Shown piece by piece: positions 57,030 through 64,000 of a stretch of DNA of 64,000 nucleotides (within the stretch, counting starts at the first letter, position 1; each line of letters starts with the position of its first letter). Origin of the DNA: the human T2T-CHM13v2.0 reference genome, Homo sapiens; NCBI RefSeq assembly GCF_009914755.1, contig NC_060933.1. One strand, given 5' to 3'. The notes below the pieces were generated by a model. The model had not been told where the DNA came from. It was given only the letters and a program-made list of their open reading frames with translations, and did not search any database. Both the position numbers and the translations under genes were made by a program.

Positions 57030-60000
57030 TGTACTCAGATTGATTCCATTCCATCCCATTCCTTTCCATTCCATTCTATTCGCGTTAATTCCATTCCATT
57101 CCATTCCATTCCATTACATTCCATTGCAATCGAGTTGATTCCATTCCATTCCGTTCCATTCCGTTCCATTCCATTCCATTTCGATCCATTCCATTCTATT
57201 CCGTACCATTCCATTCCATTCCATTCCATTCCATTCCATTTCATTCCATTCCATGCCATTCCACTCGGGTTGATTCTATTGCTTTCCATTCCATTTGGGT
57301 TAAATCCAATCCATTCCATTGCATTCCATTCCATTCCATTCCATTGCACTAGGTTTGATTCCATTCCACTGCATTCCATTCCATTCCATTCCGTTCCATT
57401 CCATTCCATTACATTCGGATTGATTGTATTCAATTCCTTACACTCCATTACATTACATTCCATTCGGGTTGTTTCCATTCCGTTCCATTCCATTCCATTC
57501 CATTCCATTGCACTCAGGTTGATTGCATTCCATTCCATTCCATTCCATTCCATTCCATTTCGTTCCATTCCATTCTATTCCGTACCATTCCATTCCATTC
57601 CATTCCATTCCATGGCATTCCACTCGGGTTTATTCCATTCCTTTCCATTCCATTCGGGTTGAATCCATTCCATTCCATTCCGTTCCATTCCATTCCATTC
57701 CATTCTGTTCAGGTTAATTCCATTCCATTCCTTTCCCTTCCATTCCATTCCATTCCATTCCATTGCAATCGAGTTGTTTCCATTGCATTCCATTCCATTA
57801 CATTCCATTGCATTCCATTCCATTCCATTCCCCTGTACTCAGGTTGATTCCATTCGATTCCATTCCATTCCATTCCATTCCATTCCGTTCCATTCCATTC
57901 CATTCTATTCGCTTTAATTGCATTCCATTCCATTCCATTGCATTCCATTGCAATCGAGTTGATTCCATTCCTTTCGGTTCCATTCCATTCCATTCCATTC
58001 CATTTCGTTCCATTCCATTCTATTCCGTACCATTCCATTCCATTCCATTCCATTCCGTTCCATTCCATTCCATGCCATTCCACTCACGTTGATTCCATTG
58101 CTTTCCATTCCATTTGGGTTGAATCCATTCCATTCCATTCCATTCCATTCCATTCCATTCCATTCCATTCCATTCCATTGCACTAGGTTTGATTCCATTC
58201 CACTGCATTCCATTCCATTCCATTCCATTCCGTTCCATTCCATTCCATTACATTCGGATTGATTGTATTCAATTCCCTTACAGTCCATTTCATTCCATTC
58301 CATTCGGGTTGTTTCCATACCATTCCATTCCATTCTATTCCATTTCGTTCCATTCCATTCTATTCGGTACCATTCCATTCCATTCCATTCCATTCCATTC
58401 CATTCCATGCCATTCCACTTGGGTTGATTCCCTTCCTTTCCATTCCATTCGGTTTGAATCCTTTCCATTCCATTCCATTCCATTCCATTCCTTTCCATTC
58501 CATTGCACACGGGTTGATTCCATTCCATTCCTTTCTGTTCCATTCCGGATGACTCAATTCCATTGCATTCCATTCCATTCCATTCCCCTGCCCTCGGGTT
58601 CATTACATTCCATTCCATTTACTTCCAATCCATTCCATTCCATTCAATTCCATTCTATTCGGGTTAATTCCATTCCATTCCATTCCATTCCATTCCATTC
58701 CATTCCATTCCATTCCATTCCATTGCAATCGAGTTGATTCCATTCCATTCCATTCAATTCCATATGATTCCATTCCATTGCCTTCAATTCCATTCCATTC
58801 CCCTGCACTCGGGTTGATTCCATTCCATTCCATTCCATTCCATTCCATTTCATTCCATTCCATTTCGTTCCATTCCATTCTATTCCGTTCCATTCCATTC
58901 CATTCCATTCCATTCCATTCCATTCCATTCCATTCCTTTTCATTCTATTCGGGTTAATTCCATTCCATTCCATTCCATTCCATTCCATTCCGTTCCATTC
59001 AATTCCATTACATTCGGATTGATTCTTTTTAATTCCCTTACACTCCATTACATTCTATTCCATTCGGGTAGTTTCCATACCATTCCATTCCATTCCACTG
59101 CATTCTATTGCACTCGGGTTGATTGATTCCATTCCATTGCATTCCATTCCATTCCATTCCATTCCGGATGATTCCATTTCATTGCATTCCATTGCATTCC
59201 ATTCCCCTGTATTCGGGTTGATCCCATTCCATTGCATTCCATTCCATTGCATTCCATTCCATTCCGTTCCGTTCCGTTCCATTCCATTCCCTTCCATTCT
59301 GTTCAGGTTAATTCCATTCCATTCCATTCCCTTCCATTCCATTCCATTCCATTCCATTCCATTCCATGCCATTCCACTCGGGTTGATTCCATTCCTTTCC
59401 ATTCCATTCGAGTTGAACCCATTCCATTCCATTCCATTCCATTCCATTCCATTCCATTCCACTCGGGTTGATTCCATTCCTTTCCATTTCGTTCGGGTTG
59501 AAACCATTCCATTCCATTCCATTCCTTTCGATTCCATTCCATTTCACTCGGGTTGATCCCATTCCATTGCATTCCATTCCATTCCATTGCATTCCATTCC
59601 GTTCCATTCCATTCCATTACATTCGTATTGATTCTATTCAATTCCCTTACTCTCCATTACATTCCATTCCATTCGGGTTGTTTCCATTCCATTCCATTCC
59701 ATTCCACTCCATTCCATTGCAATCGGGTTGATTCCATTCCATTCCATTGCATTCCATTCCATTCCATTCCATTCCGTATGATTCCATTCCATTGCATTCC
59801 ATTCCATTCCATTCCCCTGCACTCGGGTGGATTCCATTCTATTCCATTCCATTCCATTCCATTCCATTCCATTCCATTCCATTCTATTCGGGTTAATTTC
59901 ATTCCATTCCATTCCATTCCCTTCCATTGCATTCCATTCCATTCCATTCCATTCCATTGAAATTGAGTTGATTCCATTCCATTCCATTCCATTCCATTCC

Positions 60001-63000
60001 ATTCCATTCCATTCCATTCCATTCCATTCTATTCGGGTTAATTCCATTCCATTCCATTCCATTCCATTCCCTTCCATTCCATTCTATTCCATTCCATTCC
60101 ATTCCATTCTATTCCATTCCATTCCATTCCATTCCATTCTAGTAGGGTTAATTCCATTCCATTCCATTCCATTCCATTCCATTCCATTCCATTCCATTCA
60201 ATTCCATTGAACTCGGGTTGATTCCATTCCATTCCATGCCATTCCGTTTCATTCCATTCCATTCCATTCCATTCCATTCCATTCCTTTCCGTTCTATTCA
60301 ATTACATTCGGATTGATTCTATTCAATTCCCTTACACTCCAATACATTCTATTCCATTCGTGTTGTTTCCATTCTATTCCATTCCATTCCACTCCATTCC
60401 ATTGCACTCTGGTTGATTCCATTCCATTCCCTTCCATTCCGTATGACTCCATTCCATTTCATTCCATTGCATTGCTTTCCCCTGCACTCGAGTTGATTAC
60501 ATTCCATTCCTTTCCCTTCCTTTCCGTTCCATTCCATTCTATTCGGGTTAATTCCATTCCATTCCATTACATTCCATTCCCTTCCATTCCATTCCATTCC
60601 ATTCCATTCCATTCCATTCCATTCCATTCTATTCGGGTTAATTCCATTCCATTCCATTCCATTCCATTCCATTCCATTCCATTCCATTCCATTGCAATCG
60701 AGTTGATTCCATTCCATTCCATTCCATTCCATTCCATTCCATTCCGTTCCATTCCATTCCATTACATTCGGATTGATTCTTTTTAATTCCCTTACACTCC
60801 ATTCCATTCCATTCCATTCGGGTACTTTCCATTCCATTCCATTCCATTCCACTGCATTCTATTGCACTCGGGTTCATTGATTCCATTCCATTGCATTCCA
60901 TTCCATTCCATTCCCCTGCACTCGGGTTGATCCCATTTCATTGCATTCCATTCCATTCCATTCCATTCCATTCCATTCCATTCCGTTCCATTCCATTCCA
61001 TTCCATTCTGTTCAGGTTAATTCCATTCCATTCCATTCCCTTCCATTCCGTTTCATTCCATTCCATTCCATTCTGTTCAGGTTAATTCCATTCCATTCCA
61101 TTCCCTTCCATTCCATTCCATTCCATTCCATCCCATTTCAATCTAGTTGATTCCATTGCATTCCATTCCATTCCATTCCATTCCATTGCATTCCATTCCA
61201 TTCCATTCACCTGCACTCAGATTGATTCCATTCCATCCCATTCCATTCCATTCCGTTCCATTACATTCCATTCCATTCTATTCGCGTTAATTCCATTCCA
61301 TTCCATTCCATTACATTCCATTGCAATCGAGTTGATTCCATTCCATTCCGTTCCATTCCATTCCATTCCATTCCATTTCGTTCCATTCCATTTTATTCTG
61401 TACCATTCCATTCCATTCCATTCCATTCCATTCCATTCCATTCCATGCCATTCCACTCGGGTTGATTCCATTGCTTTCCATTCCATTTGGGTTGAATCCA
61501 ATCCATTCCATTCCATTCCATTCCATTCCATTCCATTCCATTCCATTCCATTCCATTGCACTAGGTTTGATTACATTCCACGGCATTCCATTCCATTCCA
61601 TTCCGTTCCATTCCAATCCATTACATTCGGATTAATTGTATTCAATTCCCTTACACTCCATTACATTCCATTCCATTCGGGTTGTTTCCATTCCATTTCA
61701 TTCCATTCCACTCCATTCCATTGCACTCAGGTTGATTCCATTCCATTGCATTCCATTCCATTCCATTTCGTTCCATTCCATTCTATTCCGTACCATTCCA
61801 TTCCATTCCATTCCATTCCATGCCATTCCACTCAGGTTTATTACATTCCTTTCCATTCCGTTCGGGTTGAATCCATTCCATTCCATTCCCTTCCATTCCA
61901 TTCCATTCCATTCCTTTGCACTCGGGTTGATTCCATTCCATTCCCTGCCATTCCATTTCATTCCATTCCATTCCATTCCATTCCATTCCATTCCATTCCG
62001 TTCCATTCCATTCCATTACATTCGGATTGATTGTATTCAATTCCCTTAAACTCCATTACATTCCATTCCATTCGGGTTGTTTCCGTTCCATTACATTCCA
62101 TTCCACTCCATTCCATTGCACTCAGGTTGATTCCATTCCATTCCATTTCGTTCCATTCCATTCTATTCCGTACTATTCCATTCCATTCCATTCCATTCCA
62201 TGCCATTCCACTCGGGTTGATTCCATTCCTTTCCATTCCATTCGGGTTGAATCCATTCCATTCCATTCCATTGCATTCCGTTCCATTCCATTACCCTGCA
62301 ATCGGGTGGATTCCATTCTATTCCATTCCATTCCATTCATTCCATTCCATTCCATTCCATTTCGTTCCATTCCATTCTATTCCGTACCTTTCCATTCCAT
62401 TCCATTCCATTCCATTCCATACCATGCCATTCCACTCGGGTTGATTCCATTCCTTTCCATTCCATTCTAGTTGAACCCATTCCATTGCATTCCATTCCAT
62501 TCGATTCCATTCAATTGCACACGGGTTCATTCCTTTCCATTCCATTCCATTCCATTCCGTTCCATTCCATTCCATTTCGTTCCATTCCATTCTATTCTGT
62601 ACCTTTCCCTTCCATTCCATTCCATTCCACTCCGTTCCATGCCATTCCACTCGGGTTTATTCCATTCCTTTCCATTCCATTCGGGTTGAATCCATTCCAT
62701 TCCATTCCATTCCATTCCATTCCATTCCATTCCATTCCATGCCATTCCACTCGGGTTGATTCCATTCCTTTCCATTCCATTCGAGTTGAACAAATTCCAT
62801 TCCATTCCATTCCATTCCATTCCATTGCTCACGGGTTCATTCCATTCCATTCCATTCCATTCCATTTCGTTCCATTCCATTCTACTCCGTACCGTTCCAT
62901 TCCATTCCATTCCCTTCCATGCCATTTCACTCGGGATTATTCCTTTCCTTTCCATTCCATTCGGGTTGAATCCATTCCATTCCATTCCTTTGCATTCCAT

Positions 63001-64000
63001 TCCATTCCATTCCCCTGTAATCGGGTGGATTCCATTCTATTCCATTCCATTCCATTCCATTCCATTCCATCCCATTCCATTCCATTTCGTTCCATTCCAT
63101 TCTATTCCGTACCTTTCCATTCCATTCCATTCCATTCCATTCCATGCCATTCCACTCGGGTTGATTCCATTGCTTTCCATTCCATTTGGGTTGAATCTAA
63201 TCCATTCCATTCCATTCCATTCCATTCCATTCCATTCCATTGCACTAGGTTTGATTCCATTTCACTGCATTCCATTCCATTCCATTCCATTAAATTCCAT
63301 TCCACTCGGGTTGATTCCATTCCTTTCCATTCCATTCGTGTTGAATCCATTCCATTCCATTCCTTTACTTTCGATTCCATTCCATTGCACTCGGGTTGAA
63401 CCCATTCCATTGGATTCCATTCCATTCCATTGCATTCCATTCCGTTCCATTCCATTCCATTACATTCGTATTGATTCTATTCAATTCCCTTACACTCCAT
63501 TCCATTCCATTCCATTCCATTCAGGTTGTTTCCATTCCATTCCATTCCATTCCACTCTATTCCATTGCAATCGGGTTGATTCCATTCCTTTCCATTCCAT
63601 TCCATTCCGTATGATTCCATTCCATTGCATTCCATTCCATTCCATTCCCCTGCACTCGGGTGGATTCCATTCTATTCCATTCCATTCCATTCCACTCTAT
63701 TCCATTCCATTCCATTCCATTCCATTCCATTCCATTCCATTCCATTCCATTCTATTCAGGTTAATTTCATTCCATTCCATTCCATTCCATTCCATTCCAT
63801 TCCATTCCATTGAAATCGAGTTGATTCCATTTCATTCCATTCCATTCCATTACATTCCATTCCATTCCATTACATTCTATTCCGGTTAATTCCATTCCAT
63901 TCCATTCCATTCCATTCCCTTCCATTCCATTCCATTCCATTCTATTAGGGTTAATTCCATTCCATTCCATTCCATTACATTCCATTGCAATCGAGTTGAT
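57030..64000 (-). repeat. Diverged Satellite III sub-domain with a different word set
   Basis: New recurrent words appear: GCACTAGGTTTGATT, CCATTTGGGTT, CTCAGGTTG, CTGTTCAGGTTAA, CATGCCATTCCACTCGGG and TCGGGTGGATTCC. The GGAAGATTCC, CTCGCGTTG and GAATACATTCCCTCC words of the proximal array are absent. Confidence 0.8.

Larger units (their letters stand above)
38271..64000 (-). repeat. Satellite III (HSat3-type) array in inverted orientation, (ATTCC)n on +
   Basis: The same vocabulary reverse-complemented (ACTCGGGTTG, ATTCGGGTTA, AATCGAGTTG, ACTCGCGTTG) inside CCATT runs. The array runs off the right edge. Confidence 0.97.

Noticed and set aside
15-63985. Hundreds of ORFs encoding MEWNG or FHSIP repeats, up to 405 aa (30674..31891), 388 aa (49171..50337) and 377 aa (62756..63889)
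   Set aside because: (GGAAT)n has no stop codon in any frame on either strand and an ATG every 5 nt on the G-rich strand, so long overlapping ORFs are expected by construction. They show no domain-like sequence and overlap in all frames.
1-64000. CRISPR-like alternation of conserved words and spacers
   Set aside because: The spacers are pentamer runs of variable length, not unique sequences. There is no constant repeat length and no cas gene.
1-64000. Alternative identities: HSat2, Y-chromosome DYZ1, alpha satellite, telomeric repeat, (GGAA)n microsatellite
   Set aside because: There is no CATTCGATTC-dominated pattern, no regular ~3.6-kb unit, no 171-bp monomer or CENP-B box, and no TTAGGG array. 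The period is 5, not 4.

Overview
The whole 64 kb is classical pericentromeric Satellite III (HSat3-type, human or great ape). It consists of (GGAAT)n/(ATTCC)n pentamer runs punctuated by the diagnostic CAACCCGA(G/A)T decamer and a small set of related variant words. I see no genes, RNA genes, transposons or CRISPR arrays, and every ORF in the track is an artefact of a stop-free pentamer. The real structure is: (1) one sharp strand switch at ~38269-38271, with GGAAT on + to the left and ATTCC on + to the right; (2) a ~0.5 kb patch of diverged satellite directly beside that switch; (3) nested large near-identical repeats in the left arm (order A-B-C-A-D-C-A-B, offsets ~19.85-19.87 kb and ~8.05-8.2 kb); (4) a very young 1278-bp tandem duplication at 43242-45797; (5) a more diverged, CpG-decayed satellite layer from ~57030 to the end; (6) about 40 perfect heat-shock elements (GGAATCTTCCGGAAT), all in the homogenised part. 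I cannot support a novel gene system here. The most interesting hypothesis is regulatory and structural: an HSE-studded satellite whose G-rich strands converge on an inversion point that could yield fold-back RNA or DNA. All counts and boundaries were read by eye and are approximate. The chromosome and species cannot be fixed from the sequence alone.
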